Positions 40,548 to 50,504 of a stretch of DNA of 64,000 nt are shown here, one piece after another. The notes below the pieces were generated by a model, which was given only the letters and a program-made list of their open reading frames with translations, was not told the origin of the DNA and did no database searches. This stretch comes from Candidatus Sungiibacteriota bacterium. Its GTDB lineage: Bacteria; Patescibacteriota; Minisyncoccia; Sungbacterales; HO2-52-23. The stretch lies in assembly GCA_016432465.1 (NCBI GenBank), contig CP066690.1:57233-121232 (forward strand), written 5' to 3'. The position numbers were made by a program, and so were the translations under genes. Numbering within the stretch: position 1 is the first letter of the stretch; each line of letters starts with the position of its first letter.

Positions 40548-41921
40548 CTATCTTGCCAATCCGTTTAAAAATAAGAAACGAAGAGATTCCAGACGTCGGC
40601 TCATAAATGCAATTAGGAGAGTTCTCGTCACACTGATAGCCGAGAACATACTTACTAAAATTCCAACTCCAAGGGTCAAGGCAAACCCCTGCACCATACT
40701 TGTGCCCATCCAGTATAAAATTGCTGAAGTAATAAGACTGGAAATATTAGAGTCGCGGATAGAGGTCCAGGCGCGTGAAAAGCCTTCATAAATCCCCTCC
40801 TCCAAACTCTTGCCTTGACGCAACTCCTCCTTTAGGCGCTCAAAAATTAAAACATTGGCATCCACGGCCATACCTATGGAAAGAATAAATCCGGCAATAC
40901 CCGCTACGGTAAGCGTTACCGGAATTAATTTAAATATAGCCAACACCAAAGCAGCATAAAGAAGGAGCGCCATAACCGCCAACATGCCCGGCAGACGGTA
41001 CCAAAAAATCATGAAAAGCGTTACCGCCAAAAAACCGATAAGGCCGGCCTGCAAACTTCGCTCCAAAGACTCCTGCCCCAAAGACGCTTCTACTGATTGC
41101 TGGGAAATCAACTTGATAGGCACAGGCAGAGCGCCGGCATTTAAACGCCCCACAAGTTCCTTGGCCGATTGGGGTGTGAAATTTCCGGTAATCTGCGCTT
41201 TTCCGCCTGCAATCTCTTCCCGAACAACCGGTGCGGATATGGGCGCCCCGTCTAAATAAATAGCCAGCTGCTTACCAACATTGCGGCGGGTCAAGTCTTT
41301 AAAAATTTTTCCTCCCTCATCAGTAAGTTCAAGGTTTATTTGCGGCTGAAAAGTGGTTTGGTCAAAATCCAGTGCAGATCGCTTAACCTGCCGACCAGTA
41401 AGTATGGTGGGCGTAAAGTACGGATCCTCCGACAGCCGCTCTCCTTTTTTTTGCGACTCTAAAATTTTATTACGTTCTTCCTCTGGGGTTTCTTCCCGAA
41501 ATTCAAGGTATGGTGTTTCGCCAATAAGTTTAATGGCGGCATTTATATCCTTAATACCGGCCAACTCCACTATAAGCCTCCAGTCTTTGCCTGATTTTTC
41601 AACCTGTACCAGCGGCTCCGCAACCCCAAAAAGATTTACCCTTCGCTCAATCACATCCCGCACCGCCTCCATGGAACTTGCATAATCAGGGGTAGAGATG
41701 TTGCCCAAATCAGCCTGATACCGGAGGTGCGTTCCCCCTTGTATGTCCAGCCCCAGACGATAAGGAATATTCAAAAAATTTAATTCAACCCCCGTGAGGC
41801 GCGAAAAATATTGAGGCGCGTCAAAAATGCCAAGTAAAACGCCCACACATAAAAACGCGGCCGCGATAAGCCGCGCTGTTTGAGGGCGCATATTTTTTTT
41901 AACAGCCGTTGCTGAATTCAT
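40548..41921 (-). CDS. secD: protein translocase subunit SecD
   Basis: LGLDIQGG, RRVNLFGVAEP, GMAVDANVLIFER. Confidence 0.96.
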   Translation of the reverse strand: MNSATAVKKNMRPQTARLIAAAFLCVGVLLGIFDAPQYFSRLTGVELNFLNIPYRLGLDIQGGTHLRYQADLGNISTPDYASSMEAVRDVIERRVNLFGVAEPLVQVEKSGKDWRLIVELAGIKDINAAIKLIGETPYLEFREETPEEERNKILESQKKGERLSEDPYFTPTILTGRQVKRSALDFDQTTFQPQINLELTDEGGKIFKDLTRRNVGKQLAIYLDGAPISAPVVREEIAGGKAQITGNFTPQSAKELVGRLNAGALPVPIKLISQQSVEASLGQESLERSLQAGLIGFLAVTLFMIFWYRLPGMLAVMALLLYAALVLAIFKLIPVTLTVAGIAGFILSIGMAVDANVLIFERLKEELRQGKSLEEGIYEGFSRAWTSIRDSNISSLITSAILYWMGTSMVQGFALTLGVGILVSMFSAISVTRTLLIAFMSRRLESLRFLFLNGLAR

Positions 41922-41925
41922 TATG

Positions 41926-42306
41926 TTAGTGGCCCGAAAGAAACAAAGACGCTATCGCGCCGCCCATGCCGTCCAAAAATAAATCCATCATGGTGTCCTG
42001 ATAAAACAACGGGCCCATAAGAACCATTACTGTCTCGTTTATAAACACATATTCGGCAAGTTCCCAGAAAAATCCAAGAGCCAGTGCGCCGCAAGTTAAG
42101 TGCCAAACCCTAAGTCCCCATGACGTTTCCTGATAGGATTTGGGGACCGCCTTTTTCCAAATTGAGACTATAAACCAGGAAGCAACGGCACCGCCCGTCA
42201 AGTGCAAAGCAACACTAAACCACCACTGGGACCCGAAAATATTTTGTGCCCCAAAATATACCAGAAATAACACACCCAGAGCCAAGGGCGGCGCTATGAA
42301 CTTCAA
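41926..42306 (-). CDS. small membrane protein
   Basis: LHLTGG, WELAEY, DTMMDL motifs. Confidence 0.75.
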   Translation of the reverse strand: MKFIAPPLALGVLFLVYFGAQNIFGSQWWFSVALHLTGGAVASWFIVSIWKKAVPKSYQETSWGLRVWHLTCGALALGFFWELAEYVFINETVMVLMGPLFYQDTMMDLFLDGMGGAIASLFLSGH

Positions 42307-42374
42307 GGGATATCCTCCGAATGTTCTAAAATAAAAATACCAGATGATCGCTCATCTGGCAAGACGCTCGTTAG

Positions 42375-43442
42375 TTACTTTACAACTTCTTTTGCCCTAT
42401 TCCACCCCAAGTTCATAAAAATAGAAAAATTCTCACCCGAACTTCGGCCAATTGTACCACCCCGATGTGGCCCGACAATGCACTTTTTGGTGGCGTTAAA
42501 CGCGAGCCCCCCGGAATCCCCGTAAAAAGACGCCACCCGGCTTACCATGTAAGGATGCACCTCTGTCTCACTGTTGGTGTATTGAAAAATCGGACTTCGG
42601 TAGGTATAAGTCTGATCCTGCGAGAGCTGGGTTTTCATCCCTTTAATATCGGCATGTACCACGGCTTCTCCTTCTAGTTTGGACAGATAATTCTGGTCAA
42701 CGTAATTTGAAGGATAACCAAAATGAAGCAGTTTATCTCCCAGCATCTTAGGATTAGTGCATAGGGGATAAGGGACTTGAGGATATTCCTGAAAAATGGC
42801 TCGGGCTTCCGGAAAAGACTCAAGTTGTGGCATCCGTAAAATCGCGACGTCAATCCCCTCTTCATCATGCCGCCTTATTACCTCCTGCAGATTTTCAATG
42901 GTGGCGTGAAGATAATGAATTGGTTTTCGCTCGCGAGGAAAAATTACCGAACAATTCTCGCTTGCCGAATCCTTTACAACATGGGCAGCGGTGACAACTA
43001 TTCCGCCCTTTAACATGAATCCGGAACCAACGTACTTCCCGAGGCCGTCAGAAGACGGACATTCAATTTTTACCACCGAGCGCAAAATCTCTGCTTCGTC
43101 AGACGATGAAAATTCCGGTACAGGTGGCAGCACTTCTTCCGGAGCCAGCGCCAATCCCTCCGGTACTGTGGTGGCAGAAGAAACTGCAGGAGGAGGCGGC
43201 AGTTTTGGTAAAAAATCTGGCGGCGCCAAAACCGGTTCCCTTGGTAATGGTTTTACCGGAACTTTAGATAGCGGCGGGGGGACTGTATTTTGCTTCTCGT
43301 CTGTGGTGGTTGCCGTTAGAGAAAGCTGTGTTTGCTCTGACGGAGGCAAAGTTATTGTAGTTTTTCGTTCCCCAATATCCTGAAAAAACAAAAAACCCAA
43401 AGAAGCCGCCAAAACCAGCACTAAAACCATATACTTAGTCAT
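42375..43442 (-). CDS. membrane-anchored trypsin-like serine protease
   Basis: TAAHV, DVAIL, GDSGG catalytic triad motifs; Pro-rich linker. Confidence 0.85.
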   Translation of the reverse strand: MTKYMVLVLVLAASLGFLFFQDIGERKTTITLPPSEQTQLSLTATTTDEKQNTVPPPLSKVPVKPLPREPVLAPPDFLPKLPPPPAVSSATTVPEGLALAPEEVLPPVPEFSSSDEAEILRSVVKIECPSSDGLGKYVGSGFMLKGGIVVTAAHVVKDSASENCSVIFPRERKPIHYLHATIENLQEVIRRHDEEGIDVAILRMPQLESFPEARAIFQEYPQVPYPLCTNPKMLGDKLLHFGYPSNYVDQNYLSKLEGEAVVHADIKGMKTQLSQDQTYTYRSPIFQYTNSETEVHPYMVSRVASFYGDSGGLAFNATKKCIVGPHRGGTIGRSSGENFSIFMNLGWNRAKEVVK

Positions 43443-43448
43443 AACTTA

Positions 43449-43610
43449 AGACCTCTTACACAATAACAATTCTACTGCAATTCCAGAATTTTGGCTGCAA
43501 ATCGTTCAGGCTTCGTCGGCTTATATGTGGCATATAGGCCTCCTCATCCTTCACGATTTTCGCTCAAAATTCTGGAATTTCGTCACGAATGCTTATTGTG
43601 CAAGAGGTCT
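43449..43610. repeat. 162-nt structured palindromic element, copy 2
   Basis: homologous to 15182-15344 with compensatory changes. Confidence 0.8.
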
Positions 43611-43676
43611 TTGATTTTAACAAACTCACCCCCCACATTCGAGGGGTGAGTTTTTAAACGGTTAGTGTCTAAGTCA

Positions 43677-46337
43677 CTATCGGAAGAACTCTATAATATT
43701 TGCGAAGAACCCTTTCCGCGGCGCGCTTCCCGAAGGCGGGGGTGGCGGCGGTTGTGTAGTTCCTCCGCTGGGAGGCGGTGGCTGAATCGTACCGCCGCTT
43801 GGAGGAGGTTGCTGGATTGTTCCACCACTTGGAGGAGGCGGCTGAATCGTACCGCCGCTTGGAGGTGAAAACTGCTGGAATGTGCCGCCACCAGATGGCG
43901 GTTGGAAACCATCTCCCGAAGGCGGATAAAAAGTCCCGCCTTGTCCTGTTCCAAAACTGCTTCCTTCGTGTGGTTGAAATGAACCGCCGCCCGAAGGCCC
44001 AAACGTACCGCCGGGCTGCTGAAAACCTCCTTCCTTCGGAAAGGGGGTAAAAATACCTGGAGTTCCGGGACGCGGTCCAATTCCTTCCGAAGGGCCAGCT
44101 CCTTCTGGTCCCTGCGGAAATGGTCCGAAAATACCGGGAGTTCCGGGAATCGGTCCCATACCGCGCGGTTGCGGAAACCCAGTTGAACCTTCCCCCCTAG
44201 TCCCTCCTGCTCCTCCCGGAAACTCACCCGGTCTCCCCGGAAATTCTTGTATGCCACGTCCGGGAAATTCGCCTCCGCTGCCGCCTGGAAATCCTCCTTC
44301 CTCACCCCGAAAACCGCCTTGTTCTCCTGGAAATCCACCCTGACCACCAGGAAATCCACTCGGCCCACCCGGAAACTCACCCGGTCTTCCGGGAAAACCG
44401 CCGGGGCCGCTCGTCTCTCCCGGGGGCGTCATTCTGAAATCTTCAAATCTCTTTTGGAAAAAATCTTTTCTTTCTTCCTCGTTGCCGAATTTTTGCCCTC
44501 GCAAGTCTTCAAAATTACTCTTAAAGAATTCTTTTCTCTGCCCATCATTTTCAAAACTGGGCAATTCATCCTGATGTACCTCAATTCTCAAATTATTGCG
44601 AATCTGCGGAAATTCATGCCCCGGAGGAATGCCTCCTTCCGGCGGACGCGCGCCCGGAGGACCTCCAGGAGGACCCATACTAAAACATTCCTCTTTGTGT
44701 TCAGAACAATACTTGATACACTCCTGCGGCGAGGTGCAGCCTCCCGGGCCTACGAATCCAAACCCTCCGGGACCACCCGGACCGCCGCCCATTGGACCGC
44801 CCGGACCTCCCGGAAATCCGCCGCCTTCTTCACCCGGAAATCCTCCTACTCCTCCGGGGAAACCACCGGGACCACCCGGACCAAATCCGGGCGGAGGACC
44901 AAATCCCTGACCGCGGAATTGTCCTTCCAACTGCCTAAATTCTTCAAAACGCTGTCCTGACTCCTGATCAAAACGCCGCATCTGCTCTTCAAATCCTCTT
45001 ACGCCCGGAGGCGGACCAAAATCTTCCCTGCGTACCTCAAACCTGCGTTCTGTAAATTGCTTAAGCATGGCCCGCGCTTGTTCCGGCGGCATGCCTCCCT
45101 GCGCCGCGCCAAAAGCCACGCACTCTTCCGCGTGATTAGGGTCAGTACAATAGGCGCGACACTCGTCGTCATTTTTGCAGCCGCCGGGCCCGCCCTGACT
45201 TTTTACTACCTCCTGAATTTTACGTCCGGCCTCAAATTGCTTCTCTTCTTCTTGGCTTATAAGCCCTTGTTTTTTGGCAAAACCAAAACATTCTTCTTGA
45301 TGAGCAGGGTCATTGCAATAATCCTGACATTGCCTTCCCCGACATCCTCCGGGTCCGCCCTGCTTGGCAACATTTATAAATTTCTTGGCCCGTTCCAGCT
45401 CTTCTTTCGGCATAAGACCCTCCCGCTCCGCATGTTCTATGCAGACTTCCGTATTATCCGGGTTTTCGCAGAATTGACGGCACTGCTCCGGACCCCGACA
45501 ACCGCCGGGTCCTGCTTTCCCAGCAAATTTGCGCGCCCTTTCCACCTCCTCTTTGGACATAAACCCGCTTTTCTCCGCAAAGTCAATACATTCACTCTGG
45601 TGCGCCGGGTCTTCGCAGTAAGCGCGGCACTGCTCTTGTCCTTTACATCCGCCCGGACCGCCGGCTAGTCCCGCTTTTCTTACACGCGCTGCCTCTTCTT
45701 TCTTTATAAACCCGTTTTCCTCGGCAAAAGCTAAACATTCTTCAGTATGCGCGGGGTCATTACAATAGGAACGGCATTGCTGTTCTCCTTGGCAACCGCC
45801 CGGACCTGTTTTGGACTTTCTTAGTTTATTTATTCGCGCCAGTTCTTCTTTGGGTATCAAACCGTTATCAGCTGCATACTGAAAACATTCTTCTTCGTGT
45901 GCCGGATCATTACAATATGCTTCACAGGCGCGTCCCCTACAGCCTCCGGGTCCGGGTTTTCTGGCGCGTTCGGCCTCCGCTTTAGACATAAAGCCATTTT
46001 TTACCGCAAACTCAATACATTCATCCTCGTGGCCCGTGCCATCGCAATAAGCCCGGCATTCGTTTTCCGACTTACATCCTCCGGGACCTCCTTGATTACG
46101 CACAGTTTCGGCCTTGGCCGCGCTACTGCTGTCCACCAAGCCGTGTTTTTTGGCAAAAGCCAAACATTCAGTGCCGTGAGCCGAGTCGTCACAATAAGAC
46201 TTACAGACATTTTTATCGGCACAATTACCCAATTCCGGAATCGGAAACTCAATATCAAAAGGCGAGCTTGCCGAGAGAAACAGGGCAAATGCAAAAAACC
46301 CTACGCTAAATAGTGAAATTAAAAGTAGTTTCTTCAT
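43677..46337 (-). CDS. secreted protein with GPGGC Cys-rich repeats and Gly/Pro-rich tail
   Basis: signal peptide; about 8 repeats GPGGC-x5-C-x2-YC-x7-EC; low-complexity C-terminal half. Confidence 0.85.
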   Translation of the reverse strand: MKKLLLISLFSVGFFAFALFLSASSPFDIEFPIPELGNCADKNVCKSYCDDSAHGTECLAFAKKHGLVDSSSAAKAETVRNQGGPGGCKSENECRAYCDGTGHEDECIEFAVKNGFMSKAEAERARKPGPGGCRGRACEAYCNDPAHEEECFQYAADNGLIPKEELARINKLRKSKTGPGGCQGEQQCRSYCNDPAHTEECLAFAEENGFIKKEEAARVRKAGLAGGPGGCKGQEQCRAYCEDPAHQSECIDFAEKSGFMSKEEVERARKFAGKAGPGGCRGPEQCRQFCENPDNTEVCIEHAEREGLMPKEELERAKKFINVAKQGGPGGCRGRQCQDYCNDPAHQEECFGFAKKQGLISQEEEKQFEAGRKIQEVVKSQGGPGGCKNDDECRAYCTDPNHAEECVAFGAAQGGMPPEQARAMLKQFTERRFEVRREDFGPPPGVRGFEEQMRRFDQESGQRFEEFRQLEGQFRGQGFGPPPGFGPGGPGGFPGGVGGFPGEEGGGFPGGPGGPMGGGPGGPGGFGFVGPGGCTSPQECIKYCSEHKEECFSMGPPGGPPGARPPEGGIPPGHEFPQIRNNLRIEVHQDELPSFENDGQRKEFFKSNFEDLRGQKFGNEEERKDFFQKRFEDFRMTPPGETSGPGGFPGRPGEFPGGPSGFPGGQGGFPGEQGGFRGEEGGFPGGSGGEFPGRGIQEFPGRPGEFPGGAGGTRGEGSTGFPQPRGMGPIPGTPGIFGPFPQGPEGAGPSEGIGPRPGTPGIFTPFPKEGGFQQPGGTFGPSGGGSFQPHEGSSFGTGQGGTFYPPSGDGFQPPSGGGTFQQFSPPSGGTIQPPPPSGGTIQQPPPSGGTIQPPPPSGGTTQPPPPPPSGSAPRKGFFANIIEFFR

Positions 46338-46476
46338 AAAACAATAAATACCGTTACATTTCAGCGAAGTAGTATACCCGCAGAAATGTTCTGAATTTTA
46401 TTTTGGTATCCCCACGACAAGACTGCATGGTTTTAAAAATGTAACGGGATAAAGACTTACTCAATTGAGTAGGCCT

Positions 46477-46728
46477 TTATTTAAACGGGTTAACTTTTAC
46501 GTCCTCAAATGGATTGGTGGGGGATTTGCTAAAAGGATTGGTCGTAGTTTGCTCAAAAGGATTGATGGCTTTGGCCGCCTCCTTTTCAGCATCTTTTTTG
46601 CGTGCTTCTCCAGCCGCTTTCTCCTTGGCCACTCCCTGCTGCAGACCGTAATAGTACCCTCCGCCCAATCCGACCAAAAGGGCCACAAGCACTATAAGCC
46701 AGCGCAGGGGACTTGATCCTTGTCCCAT
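46477..46728 (-). CDS. small single-TM protein with NPF repeats
   Basis: 83 aa; four NPF motifs at the C-terminus. Confidence 0.7.
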   Translation of the reverse strand: MGQGSSPLRWLIVLVALLVGLGGGYYYGLQQGVAKEKAAGEARKKDAEKEAAKAINPFEQTTTNPFSKSPTNPFEDVKVNPFK

Positions 46729-46875
46729 GAAATTTTAGTTTAATGAGTAATTTAATTTCATCCTAAGCCCTATTTCCGTGATTAAAAAGAGCAGGTTATC
46801 CACATATTGACACCACGCAACACTCATGCTAGTATGAAAAGGTGCTGGCGAACCAGCTAGCTCTAGGGGGACGTA

Positions 46876-47439
46876 ATGACCCGGCAGCAAAAGGAACAGG
46901 AACGAGGTATCAGGGTCGCTGAAAAGTATGGCTTAAAAAAGACAGCAGAGATAATCAGGAGGGGTGGTTGTTTTGGGCAAATTTTCAATACTGCAGTTGA
47001 CGAGTGCGGACAAGCACAAACCGTAGCCATTATTACCAAAAGCAGGATCCCCTTATGGGCATATAAGCTGGCTAATTGGTTATGGTTAGACCGTTATGAC
47101 CGCCTGACGCCGACTTTGACAGATAAACTCGCCAAGGTGGCTATTCAACGACGCAACAGCCATTATGCAGCTCTCTTCGCACATCTACCCGACATTACTA
47201 AGGAGCTAAGAGCAGAATTGGAGGAAGTCGTTACTTCCAGCAAAGATACCTATGCTGCCGTGTTGCTTGCTGAACTACCCGGAATCAGACGCGAGCTAAG
47301 GGAACAATTAGGAAAGATAGTACTTACACATGGCACTAACGCTGATGCCTTTTGGTTCTTGGATGATAAAAAGACCCGACGCGGAATTTCCGCTGCTTTA
47401 AGAAAGAAGCTTCGGGCTTTGGAAAAGTCTTGGCTATAA
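46876..47439 (+). CDS. hypothetical helical protein
   Basis: own promoter TTGACA(46807)-17-TAGTAT(46830), RBS AGGGGG. Confidence 0.7.
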   Translation: MTRQQKEQERGIRVAEKYGLKKTAEIIRRGGCFGQIFNTAVDECGQAQTVAIITKSRIPLWAYKLANWLWLDRYDRLTPTLTDKLAKVAIQRRNSHYAALFAHLPDITKELRAELEEVVTSSKDTYAAVLLAELPGIRRELREQLGKIVLTHGTNADAFWFLDDKKTRRGISAALRKKLRALEKSWL

Positions 47440-47751
47440 GGACACGATTAATTTGAAAAAAGAAGGCAGAGACCTAAAAGGCCCGGCGCATATGCGCGGG
47501 GCTATTAAATTACCATATTCTCTTTCGTAAGAACTTATGCCTTTATTGTAGCACGAGGTTAAGAAAAATAAAATACTTAACCTGCCGTGATCATAAAAGG
47601 AGTCGGAGTAGGAGGCTGCAATATGCAGAATGCCTCCGCAAACTATTCGCCTATTCGCGCGAATTAGAGAACAGTAACTTTTAAAAAGTGGTCAACTTAG
47701 GAAAATAAGATTAGGGGGAACAAAAAATAGATATGATATAGTGAGTGGGTT

Positions 47752-48429
47752 TTACCCCCCACGATAACCGCAATACTCGCAGGTTTCATGAGCTTGCGGA
47801 ATGGGCCCCGTAACGATTTCGTGCACTTTTTTTAAAACCGACATACCGCGGCTCGGAGAAACATCCATCTTGATAAGTTCAGTTTTAAAATTTGCCATGC
47901 CCAAATTATAAGACTGCGGCCAGAAAAAAAGTAAGTAGCCGTATTCGGCCGGCTCCATCTGGTTTTTTTGAAAAAGCAGAGCGTAAAGGTCAAGCTGATG
48001 GCGATAGTGTTCGTGGGTATCTTCTTTGGTGGGATAGCCGCGAGTTTTGAAATCAAAAGGAATAAATCTGCCGTCGGGCGCAACCAGCAATTCGTCAATC
48101 GCGCCCGAAAGAAACATATTGTATTCCGGAATTTCCGCTTTTATTCCGCCTCTCCCGAAATTAAACTCCTGCCACTCGTGGAGTTTCTTTTTATCCTCAA
48201 AAAGTTTTCCCTCTACCTTGCCCTCAATCTCCGGAGGAAGTTCTCCGCGTGTCCGATACTCGTCAAAATATTTCTTAAAGATATTATCCATCCCGTCCGG
48301 AAGCGAGGGATATGCTCCGCGGGGACGCCTCAAATTTTCGTTAACGTGCAGCCAAAGACAACGCGGGCATTCCAGGAGATAACTTATGCCGGACGGCGAG
48401 ACTTTTATTTTACCGTTTTTATTTTCCAT
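47752..48429 (-). CDS. PD-(D/E)XK nuclease family protein (RecB/Cas4-like)
   Basis: SPS...ECPRC, GAIDE, DFKT, QLDLY, C-terminal CEYC. Confidence 0.88.
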   Translation of the reverse strand: MENKNGKIKVSPSGISYLLECPRCLWLHVNENLRRPRGAYPSLPDGMDNIFKKYFDEYRTRGELPPEIEGKVEGKLFEDKKKLHEWQEFNFGRGGIKAEIPEYNMFLSGAIDELLVAPDGRFIPFDFKTRGYPTKEDTHEHYRHQLDLYALLFQKNQMEPAEYGYLLFFWPQSYNLGMANFKTELIKMDVSPSRGMSVLKKVHEIVTGPIPQAHETCEYCGYRGG

Positions 48430-48610
48430 GACACCTTTTATATTTCTTTTACACTATTCGCCTATTCGCGCGAATTAGAGAAGAGTATCTGGTCTGCGTC
48501 ATGTGACACCTTTGTTACTTCTTGTCTACTCCGCATGGATAAACAGACTTGCTTTCCAAATATCTATATGCTATCTTGAATCCGGAACCTTTTGCCTTGA
48601 GGAGGATCAC

Positions 48611-48724
48611 ATGAAAGGATTTCTACTGAAGGTCCGGGCTATCTTTGTCTGCGTTTTTACCCATTCGCTTTGTGAATCATGCCAGATTTCAGAATCAGGT
48701 GAGATTCTTTGCCATAAAGGCTAA
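48611..48724 (+). CDS. 37-aa Cys-containing peptide
   Basis: RBS GAGGAGG, downstream hairpin plus T-tract. Confidence 0.45.
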   Translation: MKGFLLKVRAIFVCVFTHSLCESCQISESGEILCHKG

Positions 48725-48820
48725 CTCCTCACGCATCGCCCGACTCCAACCGAGTTCGGGCATTTTTCTTTCTCCTACGCCCCATAACACTTTTTTCACT
48801 TCTTGCCGCAATTGCGGGGA

Positions 48821-49234
48821 TTAAACAATACTTTTGATTTCTCTTAAAATCTCCGGTGGTATCGGGTCCCGCTTCGGACTTTTTCCCGGATAGCGCCATG
48901 CCGTGATAATTTTTATTTTCTTAATGCTGCCAGCGAGCGGATGGGCGGTCGAGCCCCGCCCTTTGTTCCGCGAACTGAAGGCGAGGTTCCCTTTGTGAGC
49001 GGCAAAGGGCGGGGCGAGGGAACCGCCCTCGCGAGTCAAAATGTACATCGTCCATATCTCGGAATACTTTTTCCCTCCGGCAGGAGCCATCACGGCAATG
49101 GCATTTTCTAAAATCCCCTCCTCCGTTCGCGCCGGGTAACGGATTATCCTTTTGATGCGGGACTCGCTCAGACGATACTGACGCAGCTTTATACGGGAAT
49201 GGCTGGTCCAAATATATTTTCCGTCCTGCTCCAT
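48821..49234 (-). CDS. hypothetical protein with in-frame palindromic insertion
   Basis: WT.HS...IWTMY...IITAWRYPG; 100-nt hairpin at 48933-49032. Confidence 0.75.
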   Translation of the reverse strand: MEQDGKYIWTSHSRIKLRQYRLSESRIKRIIRYPARTEEGILENAIAVMAPAGGKKYSEIWTMYILTREGGSLAPPFAAHKGNLAFSSRNKGRGSTAHPLAGSIKKIKIITAWRYPGKSPKRDPIPPEILREIKSIV

Positions 49235-49307
49235 TTATACAATATAGACCTATACGCTTGAAGATAAAAGGCGGGCTAGCGGCCCGCCTTTTATCTTCTT
49301 CAAAAAG

Positions 49308-49550
49308 TTATTGATTTAATTCTTTATCTATGTCGCCCAATTCCGAATCCAAACCCTCCAATGAAACCCCCTGTAACTCCTCTTCAATAGCGGCCGTTGT
49401 GTCAGATTCCTCGCTTGGCGCTGAAGCGGGCGTTGAAATTAGATAGTAGGCCAAACCAAGCACCACAAGCGCTACCGCCCCCACGATAATCCAAAGCCAG
49501 ACTTTTTTGCTTCCGGCTGACGCAGTTTGAAATTGTGTTGTTCCGTTCAT
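49308..49550 (-). CDS. small single-TM protein
   Basis: 80 aa, acidic tail; bidirectional hairpin 49262-49297. Confidence 0.75.
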   Translation of the reverse strand: MNGTTQFQTASAGSKKVWLWIIVGAVALVVLGLAYYLISTPASAPSEESDTTAAIEEELQGVSLEGLDSELGDIDKELNQ

Positions 49551-49574
49551 TTTTTTTAATTAGCGGTCAATTAC

Positions 49575-50417
49575 TTATTGCGTAGGCCCTGCGGCAGGAG
49601 CTGTCGGTGTCACAGCCGCTGGCGCCGGTTTTTCCTCCCCTAGACCTTTGACGGAATTCACCACGTCCACGAGAGCCGCATGAGCCTCTTTTACTTTTTT
49701 AGCAACACCCTCCACAACTTCACGCACTTTGGCAAAAGCGACCTTGAAGTCTGGGTCTTTTACCGCCTCCGCGTATTTGGCGCGGGCATCCTGCAGAGCG
49801 GTCCGCGCTTCGTCAATCTTGGTTCGCGCAGTCGCAAGTTTCTCGCGCAATGCCGCCACATCTTTACCGCGTTCAGCCGCCTTATTAAGGCGTTCCTCAA
49901 TCCGGCCAGCAAGTTTATCCAGACGCTCAATGGCCGCCTCAAACTTATCAACCATTTTCTTAAAGAATTGTTCAATGCGCTCGGCCCTTTTATCTCCCAG
50001 CTTTTTCTTGAGTTCCTCCCGCCGCGCTTTAGCCTCTTCTTCAAAAGATTTACGTTTTTCCTGAAGTTCCTTATGGAGCGTTTCGCGTTTGGCCTTGACT
50101 TCGTCACGTACCGCATCGCGTTTTTCTTTAATCTCGCCCCTAACAGCTTCCCGTTTTTCTTTTAACTCTCCCTTAACAGCCTCTCGCTTGTCTTTAATCT
50201 CCTGTTTTACTGTCTCCCGCTTCTCCTTAACTTCCTGCTTTACAGCCTCTCTTTTCTCTTTAACCCCCTGCTTAAGCTGGTCTCGTTTCTGCTGAAGTTC
50301 CTGCTTCACTGTCTCGCGTTTTTCTTTAAGACCTTCATGAAAAGCGGCCAAAGCAGCCACCGGAAGAAGCTGAAACATTAGGCTTGAACCTATAATAAAA
50401 GATAATGTTTTTCGCAT
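49575..50417 (-). CDS. secreted coiled-coil protein with 11-aa repeats
   Basis: signal peptide; KEKRE(T/A)VK.E(L/V/I) repeats. Confidence 0.8.
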   Translation of the reverse strand: MRKTLSFIIGSSLMFQLLPVAALAAFHEGLKEKRETVKQELQQKRDQLKQGVKEKREAVKQEVKEKRETVKQEIKDKREAVKGELKEKREAVRGEIKEKRDAVRDEVKAKRETLHKELQEKRKSFEEEAKARREELKKKLGDKRAERIEQFFKKMVDKFEAAIERLDKLAGRIEERLNKAAERGKDVAALREKLATARTKIDEARTALQDARAKYAEAVKDPDFKVAFAKVREVVEGVAKKVKEAHAALVDVVNSVKGLGEEKPAPAAVTPTAPAAGPTQ

Positions 50418-50504
50418 AAATTTTTACTTAAAAATATCTCTTATCTGCGCCCTTTTATATAAGTATAAGGTAAAGACGTATAGGATTCAATCTCGTTATC
50501 CACA

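Noticed and set aside
47642-48487. Direct repeats plus Cas4-like nuclease as CRISPR-Cas
   Set aside because: Two repeats about 800 bp apart with no array or other cas genes
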